A DNA stretch of 64,000 nt from Nitrospirota bacterium (GTDB lineage: Bacteria > Nitrospirota > UBA9217): NCBI GenBank assembly GCA_963751455.1, contig CAVVUN010000006.1, positions 160,001-224,000 of the forward strand, in the 5' to 3' direction. Below are positions 8,523-18,332 of the stretch, piece after piece. Under the pieces are notes generated by a model. It did no database searches. It was not told the origin of the DNA and was given only the letters and a program-made list of their open reading frames with translations. The position numbers were made by a program, and so were the translations under genes. Numbering within the stretch: the stretch's first letter is position 1; each line of letters starts with the position of its first letter.

Positions 8523-9350
8523 TTACAGTTGGATCAAGTTGTGTTCGAGCGCAGCCATAATGGCCTGCGACCGGTTCGCGACGTTCAGTTTCTGAAATAT
8601 GTTCTTCAAATGGAATTTGACGGTGTCCTGTGTGATCTCCAGGATGGAGGCTATCTCCCAGTTGTTCTTTCCCTCCTTGACCCAGACGAGTATCTCCTTT
8701 TCGCGGACCGTAAGGGAAACAGTTTCACTCTTGTCGTTTAACACGCGGTTCAGCTGGGGGACGACGACCTCCAGGATCGCATTCTGGCACTCGACCTCGG
8801 CGGCCTTTACCGTGATATGCAGCTGCGTGGCAATGGCTTTGAGGTCCTTGTCCTCTGCAAGCAACCCGAGGACCTCACGCTGGTTTTTATCGATCCGCTC
8901 CGGAATCTTCAGCTCCTTCTGCCGCAGACGCGCGGCGTACTCCTTGATCAGGACCCCGGCTACCCGGTTGCTGAGATAGCCCCCTCCGGCGGACACGCGG
9001 TTGATCGCGCTGATCACTTCCCGGAACGCGCAGTCCTTGAGCAGATAGCCCACTGCCCCTGCCTTGAGCATTTCGAGCACCATGCGCTTGTCCAGGTGCA
9101 TCGAGAGCGCGATCACCTTGACGGCGGGATTTGCGGCCTTGATCCGGCTGGTCGCGTCGATCCCGTTCACCCCGGGCATCGAGATGTCCATGATGACGAT
9201 GTCGGGGCGCAGTTTTCCCGAAAGCTCGATCGCCGCTTCGCCGTCCTCGGCCTCGGCTAAGACCCTCATGTGCGTCTGCTCGGCGATCAGCATTCTCAGC
9301 CCCTCGCGCAGCAGCTTATGATCGTCGGCAAGAAGTATCCGTATATCCAC
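8523..9350 (-). CDS. NarL/LuxR-family response regulator with REC, a degenerate HTH and a second intact LuxR-type HTH
   Basis: REC motifs LADDH, MDISMP, YLLKD; degenerate HTH (QREVLGLLAE.K....IA..L.IT.K); C-terminal LT.REKEIL.WVKEGK.NWEIA.IL.I...TVKFHL.NIF.KL.V.NRSQA. Confidence 0.9.
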   Translation of the reverse strand: MDIRILLADDHKLLREGLRMLIAEQTHMRVLAEAEDGEAAIELSGKLRPDIVIMDISMPGVNGIDATSRIKAANPAVKVIALSMHLDKRMVLEMLKAGAVGYLLKDCAFREVISAINRVSAGGGYLSNRVAGVLIKEYAARLRQKELKIPERIDKNQREVLGLLAEDKDLKAIATQLHITVKAAEVECQNAILEVVVPQLNRVLNDKSETVSLTVREKEILVWVKEGKNNWEIASILEITQDTVKFHLKNIFQKLNVANRSQAIMAALEHNLIQL

Positions 9351-9624
9351 AGAGCCCCCCTCTATTCCGGGTCTTTTCCTTTAAGGAGCTTCAGGAAGTG
9401 CAAGATCCTTGTTTTTTTTCTGCACCGCGGTTCTCATCGCCGCGCAGACATGCCAGTTATATTTCTATTTTACTTGTCGCTACAGCCGCCCATAGCGCTA
9501 ATTGCTACGCATAGCCTGCATTCGCGCTTGGCACTCATAACCGCTGGCCACAAGCCGCGCAGGCAAGATTCGTGATTTACCGATCTTGCTGCCAGGCATG
9601 TAAAGCACGGACGCTGCTCACGCC

Positions 9625-9670
9625 CTACTCTCGCGCTGCGCACTCGAAGTCGTTGGGTGCAGGCGGGATG
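9625..9670. repeat. partial copy of the internal module of the 12566/43379 repeat family
   Basis: ctcgcgct-gcgcactcg...ggtgcaggcggga is shared with ~12673-12712. Confidence 0.5.
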
Positions 9671-9709
9671 CAGGGGTGTCGGGAAATACCAAACAAAGGC
9701 ACACGATTC

Positions 9710-11571
9710 TCAATTTTCTTTTCCCTGCAGCGGCGCGGTCAGCACTACCCTGGTCCCCCGGCCCGGGGCGCTCTCGATCGCGCAGGCAGCCGCCCAATCG
9801 TTTCAGCCGCTCCTGTACCAGAAAAACCCGAACCCGCTGACCTTGCCCGCGTTCATGTCCGCGTCGAAACCCGTGCCGTTGTCCTCGACGGCAATGTTGA
9901 TCAGCCGGCCTTTGGCGGAGACAGAGATGCGCACCTCCGTCAGCCCGGGAATGCTTGACCGCGTTCAGGAGCAGCTCCCGCACGCACCGGAACAGGAGAT
10001 AGCGCGTTTCTCCCTGCACCTGCTTGGACTCGCCGTCATCTTCGACTCTGATCAGTATTCCGTGGGTCCTCTGAAAGGCCTCGGCCAGCGCATCAAGGGC
10101 GGGTTTGAAGCCAAGCTCGGTCAGGATCGGCGGATTCAGCTCGATCGTCAGGGAGCGGGTGTACTGAATGGTCTGCTCCAGCGTCTCTCCGATCGTCCCC
10201 AGGATCCGCTGCGTCTCGGGGCGGCGGCAGCATTTGCTGGAGTCTTCCGACCATGAAGGTCATGACCGCCAGGTTCTGCCCGACATAATCGTGCAGGTCC
10301 GAAGCGATCAGGTGCCGCTCCCGCTCCTCCACGCGCGACTCGAGGGCGGACATTTCCGAGGCAACCGAGAACAACTGATTCTGGTAGAGCCGGATCTTCT
10401 CTTCCATCCCCCTGCGCTCCGTCTGGTCCCGGGCGATCACGAGCGCAGCCCTGCTGCCGTTGAACGGGAAAAGGGCGATCGCTATCTCTGCCTCGACCGG
10501 CGGACCCGTCCAGCTGGCGGTACCGGACGCTGGAGAGGGGCAATGGCGGCCCCTTCCTCCTCGACCTGCAGGAGGCGCGCTTCCATCATGGACCGGCAGC
10601 TCTCATCGATGAAGTCCGCGGCCGGCCTTCCCATCACCTGCAGCGGATCGTCAGCGCCCAGCGAGCTTTAACCCGGAAGGGTTGACGAAAACGATGCGGT
10701 CCTGATGCTGCACGTAAGATGGCGTCGGGAGAGAGCTCCACCAGGCGGCGATACCGCTCCTCGCTCTCCCGAAGGGAACGCTCCGCCTCGCTGCGCGCGC
10801 GCACCATTTCGTTAAAGCTCGCGGCAAGGTTCCCTACCTCGTCAACCGGTTTCGACGGGTACGGGCTCGACCGGAAGCCCCATGCCCAGGGCTTTCACCT
10901 TGTCGGTAAGGTTCACGAGGGGGGCGATTACCTTGCGAATGGCGAAATAAATAAGCGTCGTGCTCAGCAAGAATGAAGATAACCGTAATCAGCACGTTCT
11001 GCTTTATGACCGAAACGATCTCCTGGTGGTAGCTTTCCTTGCTCAGCACGATCCGGGCATAGCCGATCACCTTCGGGTGATGGCCCTTTCCCTTCATGCC
11101 GAAATAGAGCGATTCGTCACGGGCGCCGCCTGAGTCGAGCAGTACTGGCTTGATCAGCTCCAGGGTTTCGGATGTTTCCCGGACCGCGGGAAAGCGCTCC
11201 TCTTCTCCGTACTTCGGCTCCGGGGGCCGCCATTCGTCGAGCGCGGGTTGTCCTTTCCGCTCTTCGTGGATCTTCCGGAACCGGTTGTTATAGATGGATA
11301 CTGCGATGACATCGTGGAGACTGAGGATGTCCCGGGCCGCCTCCCGCAGCATTTTGGGGTTCTCGGCGAAGACCCCCAGCATGGAACTGCGGGACAGGAG
11401 TTCGACCAGCATTTCTCCCTGCTCCCGGAGGCCGGTCTTGGTCTTGTCCTCTTCGCGAAGCACGGCAAAAACGGTAAATACGGACAGCACGACGATGATG
11501 ATGCCGATGAACGCAGACAGCATCTTGACGCCCAGGCTTTTCCGCAGCGCATGGCCGATCTTCCTAGTCAA
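9710..11571 (-). CDS. sensor histidine kinase (TM-periplasmic-TM-HAMP-PAS-HisKA_3-HATPase), about 9 apparent frameshifts
   Basis: Reconstructed across frames: HAMP (GDEVGNLAASFNEM), PAS, H-box ERHLIASDLHDYVGQNL, N-box RELLLNAVKHS, G-boxes VEDNGTGFD, end GTRVVLTAPLQGKEN*. Confidence 0.85.
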
Positions 11572-12488
11572 TCCCTTTCACCCTCCGCATGGTCTCATCC
11601 GTGATCGCAAGCCCCATTTTCGCGGCCACGTTCCTGTTTACGGTGAGAAGCGACGTTCGGGCATACTCGCGGACGGAGCCCGATCCCGTTTTCAATCTGT
11701 TCGCCAACTCGCCGACCTGCACCCCGATATCATAGGGATCGAGGTCAAGGGAGGCCACGGCGCCCATGTCCACATATTTTCGGGAAAAGGTGAAGATGGG
11801 AACTGCCCGCTGAAAGGAAAAACGAAGCAGCAGATCGACATTCTCCGTGGTGACCACACTCGGGTCCGGCAGCATCCAGAAGATGTCGATCCTGTCCTGC
11901 ATGGCGGAGAGCGCTGCCGGCAGCCTGGAAGGATCATGGATCTGCTGGGAAATCAGTTCGAGTCCCGCAGCCCGCGCAGCCTTCACGGCGTCTTCAAAAA
12001 AGGCTCCGGTATTCCGGGGATCGTAGATCACGCCGATCCTTTTCTTGCCCGGGAAAATGTCGTGCATGGCTGCCAGATGGCTTGCCGGCGAAACATCCAT
12101 GCTTATACCGGATATATTCGGTCCCTGGCAGCTGAAGGGCTTCGGAAGGGATTGCCATTGCGTAGATGAGGGGAAGGGTCCTGATCTCTTTCAGCTTCTT
12201 CAGGCCAAGCGTGCCGACCGTGATGACGATGTCAGGCGATTTCGCCAGCACCCTTTCAGGCCCGTCATCGTCGCGAAGCGTCAATTCCCGCACAGAGCAA
12301 TTACACGCGTCCCTCAGCCCGCGCACGACTTCGAGGTGGGGCTGCAGCTGGGCGCTTCTGACCACGACCACACGGCACGGCTCGGCTGCGATAGCAGGAA
12401 TGGAAACTCCGACCACGAGCACAGCGACGAACAGCGCGATCGAACGAACCGTATGGGGGAACTGTGATAGTGATGAGAGTACCATCAT
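11564..12488 (-). CDS. periplasmic substrate-binding protein (ABC_sub_bind-like), one frameshift near 12120
   Basis: Signal peptide; KRIGVIYDP, WMLPD, YVDMGA motifs; overlaps the kinase start; no ABC permease or ATPase nearby. Confidence 0.8.
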
Positions 12489-12565
12489 TCCGTCTTGGGT
12501 TTGGCCTCTGCGGAAGCGACCGTTGAACGAGCATGATGGCGCTCCCCGGCGTCCGCGCCGCGACA

Positions 12566-12763
12566 TGAATCCCGCGCCTTGGAATCCCCCGGCTCCAGCC
12601 GGAGGAAAGCGCTTACTCGCGCCTGGCACGCATAAAGTCGCGTAGGCGAGAGTAAGCAGGCCCCACCATGCACTCGCGCTAGCGCACTCGTAAACACTTG
12701 GTGCAGGCGGGAGGTCGCGTTGTTTGAGGGAGCCCCCGGCTCCTGCCTGGAGGAGGCTCCACT
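12566..12763 (-). repeat. palindromic non-autonomous element (IS200/IS605-like hairpin ends), copy A
   Basis: Reverse complement of the copies at 17520-17629 and 43379-43572 (GGAGCCCCCTCCGGCAGGAGCCGGAGGCTCC ... CCCCCGGCAGGAGCCGGG). Confidence 0.7.
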
Positions 12764-12781
12764 CGATCCGGAGTTATCCTT

Positions 12782-14076
12782 CTACAGGCCGAATTCCAGG
12801 TCCTGCGCGACGAACGGGCCCAGCGTCCTGTCGAAGTATTCTTTCTGGCAATTGAGGCCTTCCATGGTCCCGGACCTCAACAACTGCATGTACCTGCAGC
12901 CGCCGAAGCAGAGCGGCAGATAGCTGCATTCCAGGCATCGGTCGTTCTTCCAGGAATCCAGCCCGTGCGAGGCCCGGTACTCCCGCACCCCGGTCCTCAC
13001 GTCGCCTACGCAGCACTCTTTCCTGCCGATCAGGCCCGGACATTTGTACAGCGTGCCGTCGTAGTTCACGACAAAGCTGTCCCGGAAGTCGAGCAGACAG
13101 GGAGAGGGCAAGACCTTCGGGGCGCGGTAGCCCCGTTTCAGCACCTCTCTGCGCAGGAAGAGCGCGGCCTCGCTGATCCACGGCTCGTTATTGGAGGTGC
13201 AGCCGTCGTGAAAATCCGGCGTCCCGAACTCGCTGCTTTCCTGCAAAACCGGGTCGAACTTGACGACCGGGACCTTCTGCGGGGTAAGTCCGTTTGCGAT
13301 GAGATGGTCGAGCAGGAGCGGGAACCGGTCATACTCGTCGCGGGTATAATTGCCGCCGATCTGGATACGGATCAGTTCGCGAGACGTCCTTGATGTTCCG
13401 GAGGATGACATCGAACGAGCCAATGCCCGATCGAAAAGGACGGAACCTGTTGTGGATGTCCTCCGGTCCGTCAAGCGTGACCTTGGCGCCCGTCAGTCCG
13501 AGCGGGACCAGTTTCCGGACCACTTCGGGCGTGAGCAGGGTCCCGTTGGTCACGAGCCCGAATTCGTAGCGCAGACCCCTTTCGGCAGCGTACGTGCCGA
13601 GCTTTTCCGAGATGCTCGATGATCCGCGCCGATGCTCAGCAGCGGTTCGCCGCCGTAAAAGGTGACCTCGATGGTCTTCTTCCCGGTCAGGTCCCTGCTT
13701 CTTGACGAAGGCAATGAATGCGTCGGCGGTCTCGTCGGACAGGTACCATTTCCCTTTTCTTTGGCCTTCGAAGCAGTAGGTGCAGGCGAGATTGCAGTCG
13801 AGGTTGAGGACCAGGATGATCCGGACCGACGTATCTGAGAGCGTTCAGTTCGCCGATGTAGCCGAGCATTTCCTGTTTTTCCCGCTCGGGGTCGTCGGTC
13901 ACGAGCCCGAGGCTGCCCAGGGATTCGCGTTCCTCCGGGGAAAGGCGGCCGCTTTCGATGTCTGCGATCAGACCCGAGGGCACGAGGACCGCCGAGGCGT
14001 TGGCGGTCGAGAACAGGACCTGGGAGCCGTCACCCTGCGCGGACGGGAATATTTTCGTATATCGGGACAAATTCAT
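12782..14076 (-). CDS. radical SAM/SPASM peptide maturase (resembles the putative geopeptide maturase family), about 4 apparent frameshifts
   Basis: CNLACTYC (CxxxCxxC, ~13773-13796), FYGGEPLL, VTNGTLL, TLDGP..H...R; SPASM C...YKC...CxxCxxxxxCxGGC...C; ~80-aa N-terminal extension; GAAAGGA RBS. Confidence 0.9.
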
Positions 14077-14107
14077 GAAAATTGTATGAGTCCTTTCAGG
14101 TGGCTGG

Positions 14108-14145
14108 AAAAAAAGGGAGGGAGAGCCTGTTCTGTTCTCCCTCCC
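14108..14145 (-). terminator. rho-independent terminator between the precursor peptide and the maturase
   Basis: GGGAGGGAGA/TCTCCCTCCC 10-bp stem followed by T7 on the minus strand. Confidence 0.75.
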
Positions 14146-14154
14146 AAGCACTTT

Positions 14155-14256
14155 CTATCTTGAAACGTAAGGAGCGATCGAGCCGTAACAACAGAACATT
14201 GCCGCCACTTCTCTTTTATCCATGCCTCTTTTCAGTACTACGATGCGATTCTGCAT
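14155..14256 (-). CDS. putative RiPP precursor peptide MQNRIVVLKRGMDKREVAAMFCCYGSIAPYVSR (33 aa)
   Basis: Hand translation; purine-rich RBS (AGGGGGGGGAG); lies between the TBDR stop and the rSAM gene; CC motif; own terminator; too short for the ORF track. Confidence 0.8.
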   Translation of the reverse strand: MQNRIVVLKRGMDKREVAAMFCCYGSIAPYVSR

Positions 14257-14294
14257 GTTCTCCCCCCCCTTCTCTTTAGAGTTACATATCGCTC

Positions 14295-16176
14295 TTAAAA
14301 GCTATACCGGATGCCTGCCTCCGACCACCGGCCGGGGTTCTTATACAAGCGCTATCGGCATATTGAGCCCCGTTAAAGATATTGTGAACATCGACAAAGA
14401 GTTCGAGCGAGCTGTCGTCATCGGAATAGAGTGTCCTTGGCAGCATGGACGTCAACGATCATGGCCTTATATTTACCCTCATTGAATGCGTCCGAATTCC
14501 AGTAAATATAATGACCTGTCACGAGCATTTTCAGAGTGGCATCGTCATAGTGAAGTCCGAGGTCATAGGTCCGCTGAGGGGTATTCGGGACCGTCCTGCC
14601 GGTTTCAGCGTCCCTGGTGTTCATGAAGGCAGCTCCTGCTGAAAGGAACGTCAAATGGACAGGCTTGCTCCTCAGTTCGATCTCGAGTCCCTGCCTTCGT
14701 GCCTTGCCTTCGTTCACGGCCATGAACTGGGGCCCGGGCAACATGTTCGTTTACGATCAGATCGGCTAACATCATGCCGGTACACATCCATCTTCAGCCA
14801 TACAAAGGGCACTGCGGTTGTCTCAACGCCTGCCTGGTAGGACTTGACCCGTTCCATCCGCAGGTCCGGGTTCGGCACGGTGAATTGGTTGCCCCCGAAG
14901 GTTGCCGAGAGCGGAGGAACATTGAAGCCGCGGGCAGCATAGGTCCGGAGAAGAACGGTATCGAGCGGCTTGTAGGTCATACCGAGACTCGGGCTGTTGA
15001 AATCTCCGTTCGTATCGGTCTCGTCATGCCGGATGCCGGGTGTGAACGAGAACCGGTTGACGGTGATCGTATCGTTCAGGTAGAAGGCGTGCTTTCTCTG
15101 AAAATGCTCCCTGCCGGCCAGCGTGCTCGATTCCAGTTTTCTTGAATCCGCATCCGCACCGAGGACGACGTTGTGTTCCTGCCGCTTCCAGACCAGTTTT
15201 GCGCTCGAGCCGTATCCCGTGTCCTCGTAATAGTCATGCGAAAGTTGAGAACCGGTGCTTGCCTGGTAATTGTAGTAATCGTAGTCCTGACGAATATTCC
15301 AGAAACCGAGATTGAACGTCGTCTCCTTGCTGATCGCCGAGTTCAGCGAAAGGCTCGATCGTACTGTTTCAGTCTTGTTGTCGACGAACAGGTCATAGTC
15401 CGGGATCTCCACGACGCCCCTGTCGAACCGGTCTATAGCTTGTGCTGAACAGGACCTGGGTGGAGTTCGTTATGTCGTAGGTGATCTTGCCGAATGCGTT
15501 GTTCCCGGAAAAATCGTTAAGCGGCCTGAATCCATCCGTCTCCAGCCGCCTGGCCGTAAGGTAGTAGCCCACACCGGTCGTCCTTCCCGGACGCTTCCAT
15601 CCTGAAGTCTCCGGTATTGGCCTTGCCGTACGACGCCGACACCATACCGTTCAACTCGTCGCTGCTTCCTGATTTGGTGATGATGTTGATGACGCCGCCG
15701 AGCGCCGAGCCCCAGGCCGAGGAGGCGGGGCCCTTGATGATCTCGATCTTCTCGATGTTCTGGACCGGGACCGACCCGACTTCCGCGACGGTATCGCTCA
15801 GGTTGTTCAGCGGGATGCCGTCCATGAAGACAGCGACGTGCCAGTTCTCGGAGCCCTGGATCAAGGCCTGTGCGATACTGCCCGGCCCTCCGGTCAGGAA
15901 AACCTGGACACCGGTCACCGTGTTCAATACGTCGGCCAGGGTGTGAGCGTTCATCAGTTTTATATCCTGTGCGGTGACGATCGTGACATTTTCCGCGGTT
16001 TGAGTCAGCGACTTCCGGCTTCTCGTTGAAGACTCGACATACAAGTTATCTTCGGTGAAATACATCAGAAGGAATTTATCATCTTCATCGGGTTTGCTGA
16101 GTACGGGACCTGCGAGCGCCAGCTGTACGCCGAGTAAAGCAATTACGAAAGCTGCCAGAATCCTGTGTTTTTTCAT
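14295..16176 (-). CDS. TonB-dependent receptor, about 4 apparent frameshifts
   Basis: Signal peptide; plug motifs (ENVTIVTAQDI, DGIPLN, IEKIEIIKGPASSAWGSALGGVINIITK); barrel NPDL..E; C-terminal GIRYSF*. Confidence 0.9.
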
Positions 16177-16354
16177 GGCCCTTTCCACCTGTAATGGTTA
16201 ATGAATCTGATAGCAATGCAATTTTATGTATGCAATTACAGGTGGAGTATAAGGAGGGAACCATCCCGTGTCAAGAAATTATCTCCGATCGTCCGGAAAA
16301 TAAACTGCTCTTCGCATGGATCGTGGGAGCCGCCGATATCTCTTAATATGGTTC

Positions 16355-16400
16355 ACTATAGTAAATTGATGCAGAAAATAACACTACCCGTTCGGGTAGT
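16355..16400 (-). promoter_or_regulatory. lux-box-like palindrome ACTACCCG-TT-CGGGTAGT (16383-16400) plus -10 TATAGT (16360-16355)
   Basis: Perfect 8-2-8 inverted repeat with CT-N12-AG core; centre at about -43.5 if the hexamer is -12..-7. Confidence 0.75.
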
Positions 16401-16550
16401 CTGCCCGGGTTATTTTTAATGATGCAGTTTACTTTCCTGTTAAGCCGAAGATCGGTGTCGGTTGCGCAATGTGCGGAAGTTTATGATGTCTTGAATGAAG
16501 TTCCGGGAAGTCAATGATCGTAGGATTCCGGTCTCATGTAGTGCGACCGT

Positions 16551-17363
16551 TCATCTCTTCCGGTAAATTCCCGGACATCCCGGCCAGGGCAGGAACCCGG
16601 CAAAACCGGGAGGCACTGTCTCATGGATTCCCACGACCAGTGCCCCCTGATCGTCGAGTTTATGGTACAATCGGGCCAGAATTTCTTTCTGTAACTCATG
16701 ATCAAAATACGTAAACGCCAGGTTTCTGCACAGAATAAGATGAAACAGTCCCTCTGGTTCCGCTATGCGGACATCCTGTTCAAGAAGGGCCACCTTTTCG
16801 CGTTCCCCTGCCCTGATACAGAAACGGTCTCCCTCGCGGATGAACGCAGTTTTCCAGTCCGGGGGCAGATTTCCGAGACTGCCTGAAGCGTAACAGCCCG
16901 CCTTTGCGCGTTCGATCATGTTCCTGTCCGCGTCGGTAGCGAGGATGGCTATTTTCATAGAAGGGAAGCGGCGGCCCGTGCCGAGGTCCCACAGGACAGC
17001 GAGCGTATACGGCTCCTCGCCGGAAGCGCAGCCGATGCTCCAGCAGCGGAGTTCCGTGCCTCCCTGCGCCATTGCAGCTTCACACAGTCGAACCAGGACA
17101 TCCTTTTCAAGCGATTGAAACACTTCCCGGTCACGATAAAAACGCGAGATCGCAACACGGCATAAGGAGTCGAGAACTTCCCATTCGCTCCTGTTGCCTT
17201 CAAGGAAGGACCGGTACCCGGCTGCATCCGCCAGCCCGAGCGCATGAAGTCGCCCGTCAATCCGATTGCAGACCTGTCCACGAACCTTCCGGAAACCATT
17301 CCACCGCATACGAAGCAGCGGAAGCGACCACTTGAGGAATTGTACGCAATCCTGGTCCCTCAT
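16551..17363 (-). CDS. CheR-family methyltransferase (orphan)
   Basis: ISRFYRD, WSIGCASGEEPYTLA, ATDAD, LILCRN...YFD, G.HE. Confidence 0.9.
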   Translation of the reverse strand: MRDQDCVQFLKWSLPLLRMRWNGFRKVRGQVCNRIDGRLHALGLADAAGYRSFLEGNRSEWEVLDSLCRVAISRFYRDREVFQSLEKDVLVRLCEAAMAQGGTELRCWSIGCASGEEPYTLAVLWDLGTGRRFPSMKIAILATDADRNMIERAKAGCYASGSLGNLPPDWKTAFIREGDRFCIRAGEREKVALLEQDVRIAEPEGLFHLILCRNLAFTYFDHELQKEILARLYHKLDDQGALVVGIHETVPPGFAGFLPWPGCPGIYRKR

Positions 17364-17519
17364 GACGGGTAATCTCCGGTCTACTTCTGGTATCAATCTT
17401 AGCAAATGGCTTCTGAAACGTGATCGTTTAACGAATCGTAGCAGGGCGGGGCCTCAACACTAAAGGAAGGCGAGGTAGTCTTAAAGGACAGTCCCATTCA
17501 CTACCCTCTTTTTAAACTC

Positions 17520-17629
17520 AGTGGAGCCCCCTCCGGCAGGAGCCGGAGGCTCCCTTTAATAACGCGACCTCCCGCGGACTACGGCGCATTACCCCCGGCA
17601 GGAGCCGGGATTGCAAGTCGCGGGATTCA
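17520..17629 (+). repeat. palindromic non-autonomous element, copy B (short form)
   Basis: Same end hairpins as the 43379 copy but lacks the ~90-bp internal insert; ends in TTCA(A). Confidence 0.7.
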
Positions 17630-17800
17630 ATCAAAGTGAAAAGAACTCAGATAATCTTTAAGCTTCGCCGTGTCCGGCCCGCTCGCCAAGCGCGGCCGCA
17701 TCGGTCAGAGGCCATTGTTAATCGCAACCTGGCTGATACAGAGCAGCCGGCAATACAATCGGGAAGAAATGATTGTGTCGAACAAATTCAGGGCGCCGCG

Positions 17801-18310
17801 TCATTTCATTTTTGCGGAATGCCGCATGATTTCTGTTTTATGAAGACGTACGTACGCACAGCTTGGCTCTTCGCCGCACTTCCGGCATTTCAAATCATAC
17901 GCGGAATTTATCGTCCGGCATTTTGGGCAGGAATAGTGTTCAATCATCTCCGCATACCACTTTTCGTACCCGGCTTCCTTTATGCGTTCCTGCGATTTCC
18001 AGAGCTCGATTCTATGCGGCATCTCTGCCTGAAACGTTTTCAGGTTTTGACAGGGATATTCCGGGCAGCGACCGCAAAAGTCCATCTTTTTTTCAGCAGC
18101 GCATTTTGCCATGGTACAGACGGTGCGGCAGTAAAAACATCTTTTTTCGGTACGGCATCCGTTGCAAGATAAATCCTCAACCGGTCGCTTAAGCCGCTGA
18201 GCCAGGACTTCCAGCCGTTTCGGATCTTCGTTCGTGCCGATAAATACACTGCATGCCGGGCAAAATAAACCACATACCGCGGCAAGGCGTTTATCATACA
18301 CATCTGACAT
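17801..18310 (-). CDS. DUF3795-like Cys-rich protein with C-terminal zinc ribbon
   Basis: CGLFCPAC, CNGC, C..C..YPC, then CPKC...CRKC. Confidence 0.8.
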   Translation of the reverse strand: MSDVYDKRLAAVCGLFCPACSVFIGTNEDPKRLEVLAQRLKRPVEDLSCNGCRTEKRCFYCRTVCTMAKCAAEKKMDFCGRCPEYPCQNLKTFQAEMPHRIELWKSQERIKEAGYEKWYAEMIEHYSCPKCRTINSAYDLKCRKCGEEPSCAYVRLHKTEIMRHSAKMK

Positions 18311-18332
18311 CTTTCCTCCTCTTCATGCCTCG

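Noticed and set aside
9657-12645. long plus-strand ORFs (9657..10256, 11294..12169 and others)
   Set aside because: They are antisense shadows of GC-rich minus-strand genes and have no recognisable motifs.
9710-15600. programmed frameshifting or phase variation as the cause of the broken frames
   Set aside because: There are too many shifts per gene, and most of those traced are not in slippery heptamers or long homopolymers.
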